A stretch of DNA of 62,521 bases, counting the filler, from Rhabdomonas costata (taxonomy: Eukaryota), in assembly GCA_019059605.1 (NCBI GenBank). It is 27 parts of 27 records of this genome, joined end to end, with 100 filler letters (N's around TTAATTAATTAA, not from the genome) between each part and the next. Parts side by side here need not be neighbours in the genome. Positions count along the whole stretch, not along the records: positions 37,143 to 39,359 come from JAHMHO010004778.1; positions 39,460 to 41,676 come from JAHMHO010004779.1; positions 41,777 to 43,992 come from JAHMHO010004780.1; positions 44,093 to 46,308 come from JAHMHO010004781.1; positions 46,409 to 48,624 come from JAHMHO010004782.1; positions 48,725 to 50,940 come from JAHMHO010004783.1; 21 more parts are not named here. One strand, given 5' to 3'. Under the pieces are notes generated by a model. It searched no databases, had not been told where the DNA came from, and saw nothing but the letters and a program-made list of their open reading frames with translations. Position numbers and translations under genes: made by a program. Numbering within the stretch: position 1 is the first letter of the stretch; every line of letters begins with the position of its first letter. Below are positions 38,183 to 50,503 of the stretch, piece by piece.

Positions 38183-39359
38183 TTACTTCCTTACCCAAAG
38201 CACAGCCAATGGGTGCAGGGCAACCGTGTTCTCGTGGACAAGCTCGAGGTACTCCACATCATCCACAGGCGCCGCTTGGAACCCGTACCCCAGCGACACC
38301 CCGGCCACGTGCGTGTCCACCGCACCGTTGAAAAGACGCCCCGGATGTCCCCCCGACCCGTAGAACCGCGAGAAGCTGCACCTGTCCCCGGGGGTGGCGT
38401 AGGCCTTGGTTCGGGTCACGGGGTAGGCCAGCCCCACCGCAGCCGCGAAAAGCACCACAGGCCAGCACCCCTCCGCGCTCCGCGGCCGAGCGCCTTCGCT
38501 GGAGAGCTCTCCGCTGGCGTACTGCGCGGCGTACTCCAGGCTGGGGGTGGTGTAGCAGCCATACCTGAGGGACGGTATGTCCCCACACCAAAAAAAATAC
38601 CCAACAGAATGTGAGGGTGTCAGTAAGGGAACCCTTGCAACATCCCTTCTCGTGGATATCTCCAAAAATACTCAAGAGAGCCTGAAAGACTAAATTTTGC
38701 GGTGCTTTCCGCTTTGTTAGAGGAAGGCGATCAAAGCTTGAGGTTCGCATCACATTGAAAACACTCAGAACTATGTAAACAAACGGTCATGGCTTCAAAA
38801 AAATATACAGCAACTGCTAGCACAGAACAAGACCCGCTCTAGAGTTTTCATCATTTCTCAGAGGAGTCCACAAAATCATCATTGTACTCCTTCACTGTGT
38901 TCCCCCAAAGAGAGATTACCCAAAGTAGCCGCTGTCCTCCCGGCAGAACTTCTGCAGCCCCGCCCTCACGATGTCCTCCACACAGTCCACTCGAGTGCCA
39001 TGGAAGGTCAGCAGAGCATTCGCTCTGCGCTGCCGAGTCACAAACATCCCCTTCAGCTCTGCCACCAGCCGAACCATCTCCACGTCCTCGTTCACCGCTC
39101 GCTCGGCCTCCTGAACCTCACGCGCCCTCGTCGAACGAAGATTCTCCAGCATCTGCAGCCGCACCTGCACCGCCTGAAGCGTCGTCGGGCTACGATCCAC
39201 GATCTCAATTCGGTGTACTTGGAACCCCGCAACAGGCCTTCCCACCAGGCCACTACGATAGCCCCCACGCGTGGCCATTAGCTCCTCCACCAGCTGCTTC
39301 ACATCCATTGGGCAGTCCCCGGAATGTACCAAAAAGCTCGGACGGGCTCCTACCCAACC
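38183..39359 (-). CDS. PARP-like (ARTD) ADP-ribosyltransferase catalytic domain, last two exons (39359-38920, 38564-38183)
   Basis: LLTFHGT...IVRAGL...DSGYFG|YGCYTTPSLEYAAQY...VVLFAAAVG...YLELV...LHPLAVLW carries the H-Y-E triad; GT-AG intron. Confidence 0.8.
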
Positions 39360-39746
39360 NNNNNNNNNNNNNNNNNNNNNNNNNNNNNNNNNNNNNNNNN
39401 NNNTTAATTAATTAANNNNNNNNNNNNNNNNNNNNNNNNNNNNNNNNNNNNNNNNNNNNTGTGTGGTTGTGTCCAGTCCTTGAACTGTTGATCTTGGGAG
39501 TAAAGGCCGTTTTTTGGCTTCACTCCCCTCCTCTTCCCGAAAGAAATTAACGTCGCGATTTACCCCGAATGTTTGTTTGTGTCAGTCCCATCGTCGAAGT
39601 CGCAAGTCCATACTGCTCGTCTTCTATTCAGAAGACAAGAGGTCCAGGCTTTTGCCCCCTCCCCCTCTCCGGGGCTGTTTGTGTGGCCTTCTTTAACTTT
39701 TGTGCACCTCCACGAGAGATGGCTAGCGGTGTGGTCCCTCCTCCAG

Positions 39747-41000
39747 GTGGAAGGTGCGCGAGCTCAGCCGCGTTAAGGCGTACCACGAGGAGAGGGAGAA
39801 GCTGGAGAAGGAAAAGGCTGAGGTGGAGCGTCGTCGGTGTGTGTTTGTATGGGGGGTGGGCAGTGGTTGAGGCCTGTCTTAAAGGGGCTTTTGCTCCGTC
39901 CGAGTGTAGAAGGTAGGTGCCGGTCAAAGAACAGTGGCTCTAGTGTTGCGGTGAGATCTCCGAAGCACCTTCGTCTTCTGGGAGAAAAATAGGGTGACAT
40001 AACCCCCAACGCAGCAGCGGGAGAGTTGATCAGAAGCTCGTCTGGAGAAAAGCGGATTTATGCCTTGTATAAGCCGTGTTTGTGCTCGCACGCTGTGGTT
40101 TTATGTCTGATTTTCATAATGAATGAAGCTCTCGTTATAGTTTCATTTTGTATTGGCCTTGGGGGAGGGGCTCTTAGCAAGATGACGGATGACCAGCGCA
40201 GCGCGGAGGATGCGCAGTACCTCAAGGAGCACCCTGAGCTCAGCCGACCCGCGGTTAAGTGGAACTTCCTGCAGAAGTATTACCACAAGGGGGCCTTCTT
40301 TATGGACACCATGGACAAGGGCCTGCACCGCGAGGACATCTACCAGCGTGACTACGGATACGCGGTTGGGGAGGACAAGTGTGGAGCTTTGGCCTCGCCT
40401 CCTTCCTCTCTCTGCAGAAGCTCGATTATTCGATTATTGCACGTCTGGATGATATAAGCGCAGCTGCCATGTTCTTCCCTTTTACACCTCGCTCCTCCCA
40501 TGGTAATGAGAATACCGCAACAAAAGAGACGTTTTAAGCGTCTGTGCTTGCAACGAGCAGCCACGGGATGCAATGGAAACAACGTTGCCAAAAGTTCTGA
40601 TTGAATACCCTGAACAATGACAGCTGAAAGCCCAATAAACATGCATTCTACGATTTTGCTTTGTACAGATGTACTGCTGCCGCCGGGGTCACCATCACTT
40701 TTTAACAGTATTAACAGAGCTGTTTTTTTTTACGGGGAGTGTCTCTAGAGGATGCCCCACTCTACCCACAGGTTTGACAAACAGCAGCTCCCCAAGGTGC
40801 TTCAGGTGAAGAATTTCGGACGCAGTGGTCGAGTAAAGTGGACCCACTTGGTGAATGAGGACACCACGACGAAGGCCACGGAGAGCCTGTTCACTACAGG
40901 CACGGCCGCGGCCGCTGTGGGCGGAGGCTCCGCGAACTTCGCACATAACATGACGTACAACAACCAGCACTTCACCTATGCCCACCAAAAGGCCGAGCTG
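39747..41000 (+). CDS. MFAP1: Microfibrillar-associated protein 1 (spliceosomal B-complex protein), exons 39747-39836, 40178-40378, 40772-~41000
   Basis: WKVRELSR...EVERRRKMTDDQR...[14 protein letters not shown]...[36 protein letters not shown]. Confidence 0.93.
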
Positions 41001-41190
41001 GTGTGTGTGTGCTTGCGTCCGAGGGGGATAGAGAGAGGCGGAGCAAGGAGTTTGCGATCCGGGACCCTGCCGCGGCCCTGTCCGGCGTGAAATTCATGCC
41101 AGCTGCGAGGCGGAAGAACACTCAGGACCATCACGTAAAAACATCCGCGAAAACATCGCAAAAGAATGCAAAAATTACTATATTTGTGTG

Positions 41191-41284
41191 TTGAGAGACA
41201 GGTTTCCTAGACGGCTTTGACTCCAGCCAAGAAAAAGCAGAACAACAGCCAAGCTTGGTCAGGTACCAATCTGCAAACGCAGGA
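41191..41284 (+). repeat. Interspersed repeat family B, copy 2
   Basis: TTGAGAGACAGGTTTCCT...AAGAAAAAGCAGAACAACAGC..AAGCTTGGTCAGGTACCAA...AAACGCAGGA. Confidence 0.8.
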
Positions 41285-42186
41285 ATGTGTTCGCATTCAA
41301 AGGCATCAGGAAAAGACGTCAGGGAGACTGTGATGTGTCTGTCAGATTCGAATGCAAAATGTCTGTCACTTAAATTCTTTGCGTGTTCTTCGCGCTGTTA
41401 TCAGAAATTAAGATCATATATTGGTGTGGTGGATTCGCTTCTGGTGGATTTTTGCGTCCTGTTATTTTTTTCACTTAGAGATTTGATTTCTTGAAGATTG
41501 TCTTCTTTCAGCTTCTGTCTCCATGTCTTTAGAAGTATGTTTTTGTTGCGGGAGGGTGGGCACTTGACTGAATGCACAGCGAGTGAGAGTTCTCGACTAA
41601 GCCTTGGCGAGGGTTTTTTTGGTGTGCCTCTGTGGGGATACCCAGGTCGGAAGCTCGAAGTACGGGGCGATCAAAGNNNNNNNNNNNNNNNNNNNNNNNN
41701 NNNNNNNNNNNNNNNNNNNNTTAATTAATTAANNNNNNNNNNNNNNNNNNNNNNNNNNNNNNNNNNNNNNNNNNNNGTGTGTGTGTATGATCGCAACAAT
41801 GACGCAACATTCCTGAACGTTGTCGCCTAGGGGCTCGTATCTTTTCGGACAAATCTTTGGTTGATGGTGTTTTTCATCGGAAGATCAGATCCATCGCGGC
41901 CGCTTTGAAAGATTGGATGGACAATATCGAAGTTCCGTTTGTATATATATAGCGCGTGGTGAGACGGGGAGAGATGAGGCGGGGTGAGGTGATTTCGTGT
42001 ATTCTGTTGATCAACAAAGCCACGAGCAGTGCGTCGGTGGTCAAGTGTCATAGTGTCATAGTAACTCTGGTCAGTCTCAATCTTCATCACTCAAATGGTG
42101 CACTTGACGAAGTGCAAAATTCAATGGGCTCCCCCACCCTCGACAGGATGGGGCATGCACGTACTGTTCTTGCGGGTGTGTCCCAG

Positions 42187-42255
42187 GGCCACGGTTACTT
42201 CGTGTGCCGCCACTGTGGAGCGAAGTGGAAGACCACAGCCGGTGTTAAAGGGTGA
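42187..42255 (+). CDS. Terminal exon with a CxxC zinc-ribbon half (GHGYFVCRHCGAKWK)
   Basis: AG acceptor, GC3-rich codons, FxCxxCGxKW motif, then a stop. Confidence 0.35.
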   Translation, partial: GHGYFVCRHCGAKWKTTAGVKG

Positions 42256-44092
42256 CTATAGAGCTGACCTGACCTGATCCGACCCTCATGAACCCACTTG
42301 GGTGTAAGGCAGGACGGCGCGCACGGGAGGGAGAGCGGAGAGACCGTGCTGCCATGTTAGACACTCTCCTCGCTTCATTTTTCATTTATTGTTGGGCACA
42401 TTCCGGCCTTTCTTGCGTCCCCTCTCTTGTGCAAGGATTTTGGGATTCATTTTTTTCGGGGTGGATGCGATGAGCGGGGGGATGATTGTGTGACAATCAA
42501 TCCGGCGGGGGTTTACCCGGACGTTTTCACACTGGTGGTCATGCGCACGCATCCACACGCAAGACATACACTTTTGATTACACGTTCAGGGACACTTACA
42601 CCCCGTAAAGGGAGAGAGCGGGGGTGAGGGAGAGCAGGACTTTTTTTTCACCTCGCGTCCTTCAGGCTTCTTCTGCACCCTCAGATTTTGGACCTGTCGA
42701 ACCCTTGCCTGGTGTCTTGAAGAAGGGGTCAGGGTTTGAGGCGTGCAGTCGCCGTTGCTCCTTGGTATATCCTTAGCACCAAAGGTGCAACTGAGGGGAC
42801 CCACACTGTTGGGAATAGCATGCGTGCTTTTTGGTGTTTGTCTCCATTTTTGTGGTTGTGGGTGTGGAAGGGAAGGGAAGTGGAGAGAGGCGGGGACGGT
42901 GTGGCTTTTGGCCGCACAGAATCTAATGTGAGAAATTAAAGCGAAGGATTTGGGTCTATGTAAGGCAGTAAGGGAAACGCCTGATGCGAGTGTGATTGGT
43001 TGGTTCGGAATGGGGTTCTCATTCACACCTGGTGAATTCAAGGGGCTTGTACCATGAGCGCGGCAGCAGTCATGTGTTGTGCCCCCCTCTCCCATTCTTT
43101 TTTCTTTCCTTTTTTTGCTGCTTCACTCGCGTTGTTTTCCCGCCTCTGGTGTTCTTCCCGAGACCACCACTCCTGTTGACAAACACGCACAGACACACAC
43201 AGGCACGCACACACCACGTGGACACTTCTTACGTGCAGCAGGGGCCCTGTGGAAGTTTTTGGGAGGTCTGTTAGTTAGGGAAGGAGGGAAGGGGGGTTGC
43301 CCCGGCTGCAACCATGAAAACACCACAGGCGAGCGAGCATAACTCTTTGAGAGTATCTGTCGCCATCGGGTTTGGTTAGCCTTCCCCGCCGGTGCTCTGT
43401 GCACATGCTGCTTTGGCGTCTTTCCAGAATATTCTACCTCTGGAGTTCCAGAGGTGATGGCAGCCCCCCCCTCCCCGATCGTTTTAACACTGCGCCGCGA
43501 GACGCCAGGACACACACACGACCCCACTGAGCACGCACACAGACAGCCTGACTGTAATTGGGGAGGGGGGGGAGAGGGAATTAGAAGAGCAGTTCAATGG
43601 TGGCCGCTTTGTTTTGTCGTGGAGGAGGGCTGGAGACTCTACAGCCAACCGCGGGGGGAAGACCTTTTGCCCTCTCTGAAGTTTTGACCTCACTTGGGCA
43701 GTCATTTGGGCAGCCATCTCTTTTGCTTAATGGCTGTCACCGCGTGTGCCCCCAGTGCCTCGTCTGCACGGGCTGGGCTGTGCCGCCGCCTTTCTCTGGT
43801 GGTGGAATGTACTTTGCCCTCCTTGCCGGCCCTTTTTGGATGCGGGCTCTCTCACATAGCGCGCCGAAAGTGGTGCAGAGCAGCGCCTGTGCCCCCACGG
43901 CAAGAGGAGGAGATTGTTGTTCTTGCTCACACTCGGGCGATTTGCAGCGCCCGGTTATATTCTTACACCCCCCGCTCCCCTCACCCACACACNNNNNNNN
44001 NNNNNNNNNNNNNNNNNNNNNNNNNNNNNNNNNNNNTTAATTAATTAANNNNNNNNNNNNNNNNNNNNNNNNNNNNNNNNNNNNNNNNNNNN

Positions 44093-46159
44093 GGTTGTGT
44101 GGAAGACATGCTCGAAGGCCCGACGGTTGGAGTCGTCCCCGAACGAGGGCAGGAAGAACAGTACCCCGCGGAAAGGAAAGCTGCAGGTTCTCAGCACCTC
44201 CGCAGCGGCTTGGGCCCACAGCGAGGGGACCTCGGGGTGGGGCCCCTTGAAGGCCCCGCAGCCAATCGCGTTGAGGCACGGGAATGCCACCTGCCACGTA
44301 GACACCCACAAACCCCTTCCGTATCTTCACCTTTATCTTTGAACTCAAACAAAGAAAAAAGGAGCAGAGCAAAAACCCACGTTTACGTGAAACATGTTCA
44401 CGTGAAACATATTAGCCCCAAAGAAAACCTCTCCCAAGCGCCTCATACTCCGCTTCACGGCCCGTTCATCCCCCCGTTGAGTAATGCATCGTGCATCGGC
44501 GTGCACGCCACCAAACCCCCTGCAAAAGCTTCTTGTTGCAATCCCAGGGGACGTGTGCATCGCCAACTAACCTACTGCACTCAGGAAGAGGTCCACAAAA
44601 GCACTAGTTCACAGAAGGGTGACCTACCCTACTTTGGTAGTTGGGGGGGGGGGGCATAAACGCACTAGCGCCCCCCATCAATAATACCTGCACAACGCAA
44701 AATTTGAAAACCAGGTTACTTCCCCGAGTTTCGACAGAATACCTGGCACTGCACACTCGGGCGCGAGGGCACGTGCCTGTGCTGAGGCCATCAAGGTGAA
44801 GACGTGGGCAAAGATGGTCTTCATCCGGGGCAACGCGGTGGGCGCGTCGACGTGGCCGTTCTTGACAAACGTCGCAATGTCCTGCTCGGAGTACGCGAAG
44901 TTGATCCCCGGCACGGAGCAGCAGAACAGCGGCAACGAGCTTGGGTCCACTCCCTTTGTGGTTTATTGTTGCGCTAATTTCTAGTTCTTTCTTTTACCGC
45001 TCAGGGAACTCCCTAGAACCATGGTGAAAGGCGCTATTGAAGTTTCCCAAAAACACTCACCAAAAAAAGAAAGATGGTTCCTCCGTCCCCCGCGCAGCAG
45101 CAAATCTTTTTTAAAGCTTGCTGAAGGCAGAAAGACTTCAGACCTCTATGCCTGATTCTCTGTTTCGGCCTGGCGCCAGCTGGCGCGCAAGTTGCTCGAC
45201 ACAAACCTACAACCTACACAAACACCCTGCCAATCTTCTTCTCCCATGCCTACATCAGCGCATCCCCGATTCACTCCCCCTTTCCCGGCACCTCGCTTTT
45301 TCTTCTGTGCAATTCTTTCTCTCACTCTCCGAGGCTCTGTGGTCTGTTGTTCCCGTTCCTTGCCGCTCTTTTGTTCTGATTGTTGCATGCGGAAATAGAT
45401 AGAGACAGTTCGGCCCGCCCCGCGAGTTTCCTCCTCTTCACCACCACGCAGCCTGTTTGATCGATGTTTCTTGTTTGCTGGTTGTAATACGGGTGAAATC
45501 TCACTGGAATGTGGTAACGCAGTGCCGTGCTCATCAACCGAAAGATCTTCGCAACAAGTTCCTCGGCTAAGCACGACATCCAAACCTCTTGTCGTATTTA
45601 TTGGGGGGGGGGGAGGTTTCCAGCAGAAGCCTTTGCATTTTTTGAAATAAAAGATTTGGACTAAAGGGAACCTCAGGCGCAAGGCACAGCGGGCAATGAC
45701 GCAAACCTTGAACTCCGTGTCAAAGGTGAGGTACACGGGACCAGCAATGACGATCAGCTGCGAGTCTGACTCGAACGTTGGCTATCCCAAGAACAACAGC
45801 AACAGCACAAGAGGGAACAAACAGCTCTTTCAATGCAAGGATATGCACACTGAAAACATCAACGTATTCCTTGACAGCCACTTCATTCACAAAAGCTGAA
45901 CCTCTCCCTCTGGTTGAAGAGGGAGCAACAATGAATACGGAAAAGAAAAAAGGAAAGGAGCGAAGAGGAAAAAAGAGAGAATATACGATCAGACCCGTCA
46001 ACGCCCTCCCACAAAAATTACCCCCGAACATGCCTTTTCGGAGAACGCCACCAGATCCGCCTCGGAAAGCTGCCCCCACACATAGCTGATAAACGCCTTC
46101 CTGGCCAGGTCCTTGATCGCACTGCCCTTCAGTACAAACGCGTCGGAGAGCACAAAGCT
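44093..46159 (-). CDS. Microbial-type PARG / macrodomain-like protein (DUF2263/TIGR02452-like), partial; exons 46159-46034, 45782-45708, 44953-44777, 44290-44093, plus a possible exon at 45910-45850
   Basis: VYLTFD..|..CCSVPGINF...RMKTIF..|VAFPCLNAIGCGAFKG...FRGVLF...NRRAFEHVF contains a GCGAF ADP-ribose-binding loop. Two donors are GC. Confidence 0.6.
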
Positions 46160-46529
46160 CTGTGGAAAGCCCCCACACCCACCACCACAATACCCCACAG
46201 CTTGCATGGCTGCCTCAGTTTTCCTTAGCACCTTGTAGCAAAATAAGACCACAGCGGGAACCTGCACCACAAAGTACAGTTCAGATGGTGCCCACTGCTC
46301 CTTCTAAANNNNNNNNNNNNNNNNNNNNNNNNNNNNNNNNNNNNNNNNNNNNTTAATTAATTAANNNNNNNNNNNNNNNNNNNNNNNNNNNNNNNNNNNN
46401 NNNNNNNNAGCATCGTACAGTGGAAGCATGATTTAGGTCTTTCAAGCACTCCTTTTGATTATACGAGTCCTCAAGCGGCTTGTGCCCCCTGTGTGTATTG
46501 GCTTCTTTCCTTGAAAAGAAGTAAGGCGA

Positions 46530-47130
46530 TGCTTAGGCGGCGTGGTCCGGTGGCTTCCCTTACTTCAGTATGGGGACGATCTCGGAGAGCGCCCATTCCC
46601 TGGCTATGAGGCCCTCAGTCCACACCACTTGACAGATGCGCTGTAGTGGACTGGCAACGGCATCGCTGCCAAGTTGGAGGAGTTCTGCACACAGTCCGTC
46701 TGCCCCAGGTGACTTGCCGACTTTGAGCTGGCGAATGGCTGTCTGGATCTCTGCAAGCGTGGGGGAGTGACTGTTGAGGGTGCGGCGCCAGTAGTCGGCT
46801 TTTATTGGATCTGCCAGTGGTGGTTTTACCGGTTTCCGTCAGCCCGCGGAGGATTTGGTCGACGCTGCGCGGATGTCATGTCGACGTAGGGCCGATGACG
46901 CTTCGGTGCCGGCGCAACCGGCGCCGGAGGTGGTTTATGTGTCCTGCGCTGGACTTCCTTGCCCTCATGCTGGACCGTGATATCCTTGATGCGGCCGAGC
47001 TGCCTCAGCTGTTGCTGGACGTGCTGAAGCTCCACCTCTTTACCTTTAGAGTTATGCTGGCAGTACGGTTGCAGACCCTCACCATTTTTCTTTTTTCTCA
47101 GGGCGCTTCCGACATCGTTTTGCACCCACC
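46530..47130 (-). mobile_element. Degenerate LINE (Ingi/I/Jockey-like) reverse transcriptase fragment
   Basis: PTLAEIQTAIRQLKVGKSPGADGLCAELL...WTEG.IAREW..SEIVPILK*GKP covers RT subdomains 0-1, with in-frame stops. Confidence 0.8.
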
Positions 47131-47991
47131 CTTACCTTCTTTGCCTGGCTGTGGGGAGTTTCATAGGACTGCCGGGGGGTGGAAAAAGGCTTCCTTTTTG
47201 GCGCACTGGCTTCCGCATCCCCAACCCCTCTGTTTGGGCTGGTTGGTGAAGAAGATGGCAGGTTCAGCTGCTCAACGCCCTCGCGAGGGCTCGTCCCTCC
47301 ATTTGCCCCTCACCCGTACGAAGATGCTGGGGACGCCACCACTCCTGGCCGACCTTCGGTCACAACCTTCGATGTCATCGATGTTCCAGTCCACCCGCAG
47401 AGCAACGGGGGACCGAAAGTGAAGCATGGCCTGTGTCAAAGCAGGCTATGGACTGTGTGCATTTTCGTAGTGGTGGTTGAGATCTGCGAGAGGACGAGCG
47501 ATAACACCTTTGCTGCGTCTCAGCGGAATCTTCTCCAGCGGGTTGTTCTCTGTGACAGCGTAGCATTCCGTTTGTTCCGGTGCTGCACGACATGTTTCTT
47601 TCTTAGCAGAAGGTTCTCACAGTCATTTTTTCGCAGTTCTTTCCTTCGCGTTCCCTTTTGCATGTTTTTCTTCGCAAAAAGATTGCAGAAAATATATTGG
47701 GCAAAGAGTTGCACGAAGAAAGATGGAAGGAAGCTGAGCGGGACAAAAGGGAATACACTATAATGGCTCGTCAAAAAAGTTGGGCTGGGGTGTTGGCGCA
47801 GTGGGAAGCGTGCCATGTGGCTCAACGTGGTTTAACGAATACTCTTGTGAGCAAGTGGAATTGTACGAAAGCAAAAAGCTTTCCCTTGCCACTCCAAAGC
47901 CACTTGTGCCTTATGACTGCGTCTCGGTTATTGCAGAACATGTTGATGTTGGTGACGTTCCTTTCATACGCCGCACTTTTCTGCTCCACAG

Positions 47992-48328
47992 ATGGGCTTC
48001 AGCAATGCCCAGTCCACCTCAATGAACGCCGTCTTCAACACCTTGTGCTACATCACACCTTTGCTGGGGGGATGGCTGGCCGATGCCTTCCTGGGCCGCT
48101 ATCGGACCATCTTGTGGTTTGCAGTAATATGTAATATGTCTTGGGCAGTTCTCTAGCGGCGGTTTCAGCGTGGCCCTCCCTACAGTCCAAGTCGCTGTAC
48201 CTCTTCGCCACCATGGGCCTGCTCACGCTTGGTTGTGGCGGGATCAAGCCCAACATTGTCAACTTTTGCAGCGACCAATACAACACCAGCGACCCGCAGC
48301 AGCAGAAGGAGCAGAAGTCGTTTTTCAA
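47992..48328 (+). CDS. POT/PTR oligopeptide transporter exon with a 5-nt frameshifting insertion
   Basis: CYITPLLGGWLADAFLGRYRTI...[frameshift]...LGCGGIKPNIVNFCSDQY...SFF are the PTR2 signatures. Confidence 0.85.
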
Positions 48329-50384
48329 GTATGCCATGGGCGGACTTCCCTTCACAGGCAGCACAGGGTCGAAACATGAGCGGTCGCTCGCACGTGCGCT
48401 TTACCCAAGTTCGTTCTGCTGCCGTTGGGGCGTCCTGCCGTTGCCTATCCCTCAAGCGAGACCTTTTGTCAAATCTCCCCCGCGGTTCGTAAGTGCGTAA
48501 TTGCATCAGAGATGTATTTCATTTTTGCTCTTTCACTCTTGCGTTGACTGCACAGAGAAAAATTAGGTTGTTTACATACAGAAAATACAGCGGAGAAGGT
48601 CCTCTTCGACGCTCCACACAACAANNNNNNNNNNNNNNNNNNNNNNNNNNNNNNNNNNNNNNNNNNNNTTAATTAATTAANNNNNNNNNNNNNNNNNNNN
48701 NNNNNNNNNNNNNNNNNNNNNNNNGTGTGGGGTGTTAATCTGCCAACCCCACATCCCCCTTCATCCATTCAGCTCAAGGGCAGATTAACACCCTAAAATG
48801 ACATTCCAAGATCAAAGGTGCAGAGGATGGAAGCATTGCGCTTGTTCCAAAGGAACGCGTGGGGTTGGGACGTTCAGACAAACTCAACCAAAATGGTGTC
48901 CGTTGAAAATGTACGCGATAGTTTGCCAGGACGCTGCGATCACTTTGTCCATCGAAGGCATGTTGCCTGGGCCACTGGTGTCGGGTATGGGCCCGTCTCT
49001 GGGCGTATCGATGATTTGATCTCAAGGGGCATGCCGGTGGTGAGCACGGAGTGGTCCTTGTCCAGCTGGGATCCAGCACTACCGGGTCATGGTTTCGGGG
49101 TAGGGGAGCCGTCCGCGACAAGTCCATGCATTGGACATGTCCGCGGCAACGTGTTACGCGGCAGAAGGTTGGGGAAAGCTCTGAAAAAGAGGGGGAAGCG
49201 TGTTGTAAGAAGCCTAAATCCGCTACACCTCTGGCGGCACATAAAGCATGCGGGAAAGGGTTCACCGAAAATGATTCCAGTCAGTTGGATGTAGGATTCT
49301 TCAGCAAATGGCCTCACAAAAAAACCAAAGACCACGGCTAGGACGTGATGCCTGGTTGGCGCTGGCGGCCCGTCCGCGTTCAGGTGAAACAAGGTGCTTT
49401 ACCAAACTGACACATTGGGTGGCGGAGAAGATTTTGATTGGCATATGCGGCCCCATTGGGACAATCTCCGCCTAGTAACAAAAATGAAAGCCCCAAATGC
49501 CAAAGGGGAACGGCAAACACCCGAATCTAAGAGAGGCCCCCAAACGAGAAACCTGTGGTGACCATTATTTCAGGCACATCTATCTAAGCAAGGGACTCTT
49601 CCGGGAGAGGCACGCGGGCAAACGACGGAAACAAACGTCCGCAGGCACAGGGAAGGGCATATAAGGGGGCGCGTGGCGGGGGCAAAAAGGGGATTGGCAA
49701 CCGGAGCACGGGTCTCAAGATTCAAGGCCGCCCAACCAAGACGCAAACTATAGTAAGAGGCGGCTTTTTCCTATTCAGGCACCTGTGGGAACTAACACTA
49801 AAGGTCATTAGACTACTGTGAAACCAAATGCGGTCAACTTTGTGATCCGGGCAAATCCTGCGGCATTGCGGGTCGCCTCGGGCACTGTGGGAACCACTGC
49901 GGGTAGTGCTAGATTTCCGCACTGATCACCAATCCTGTTGGCACAGAAAATAGCGGGAAGGGAGGAAGAAATATGAAAATACTTGTGCAAAGGCTATTAT
50001 TATACGCCCAAAAATAAGCCATCGAAGCACGCTTCCTCGTTGCATAACTGACCCCATACTCGTTATTTTCTCTGTTTACGCTCCACGTTGCAGCGACGAA
50101 ACATCCGAATATTATCCCAAGAATTGCCGCCACATCACATTCTGATCGGATGTGTTGGTTGCAATGGTTTATTACAGAATTGTGACGACGAAAAAGGACA
50201 AACACGGTGCATTGCTCAACGTGTGCAATTAGCAAATTGAATTAAAGTTTCACATGAAGTGTGATGATGGGGATTCCACGCCGGACTCCACAAACGCAAC
50301 GATTTTAAAGGCTAAAACGCACACCGTTCCATTTCCCAGAACAGCAATGGTGACACCAACAGCCGTAACAACTCACACAATCCA

Positions 50385-50503
50385 CCACGGGTGGAGCAGA
50401 AAAGGTTAACCGGGAGATTGCACACCCTCACCACGGCGATCGAACGAGATTCCAGGGAATCACGGGTGGAGCAGAAAAGGTTAACCGGAGATTGCACACC
50501 CTC
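50385..50503 (+). repeat. Near-identical ~44-bp direct repeat pair
   Basis: CACGGGTGGAGCAGAAAAGGTTAACCGG(G)AGATTGCACACCCTC at about 50385 and 50461. Confidence 0.85.
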
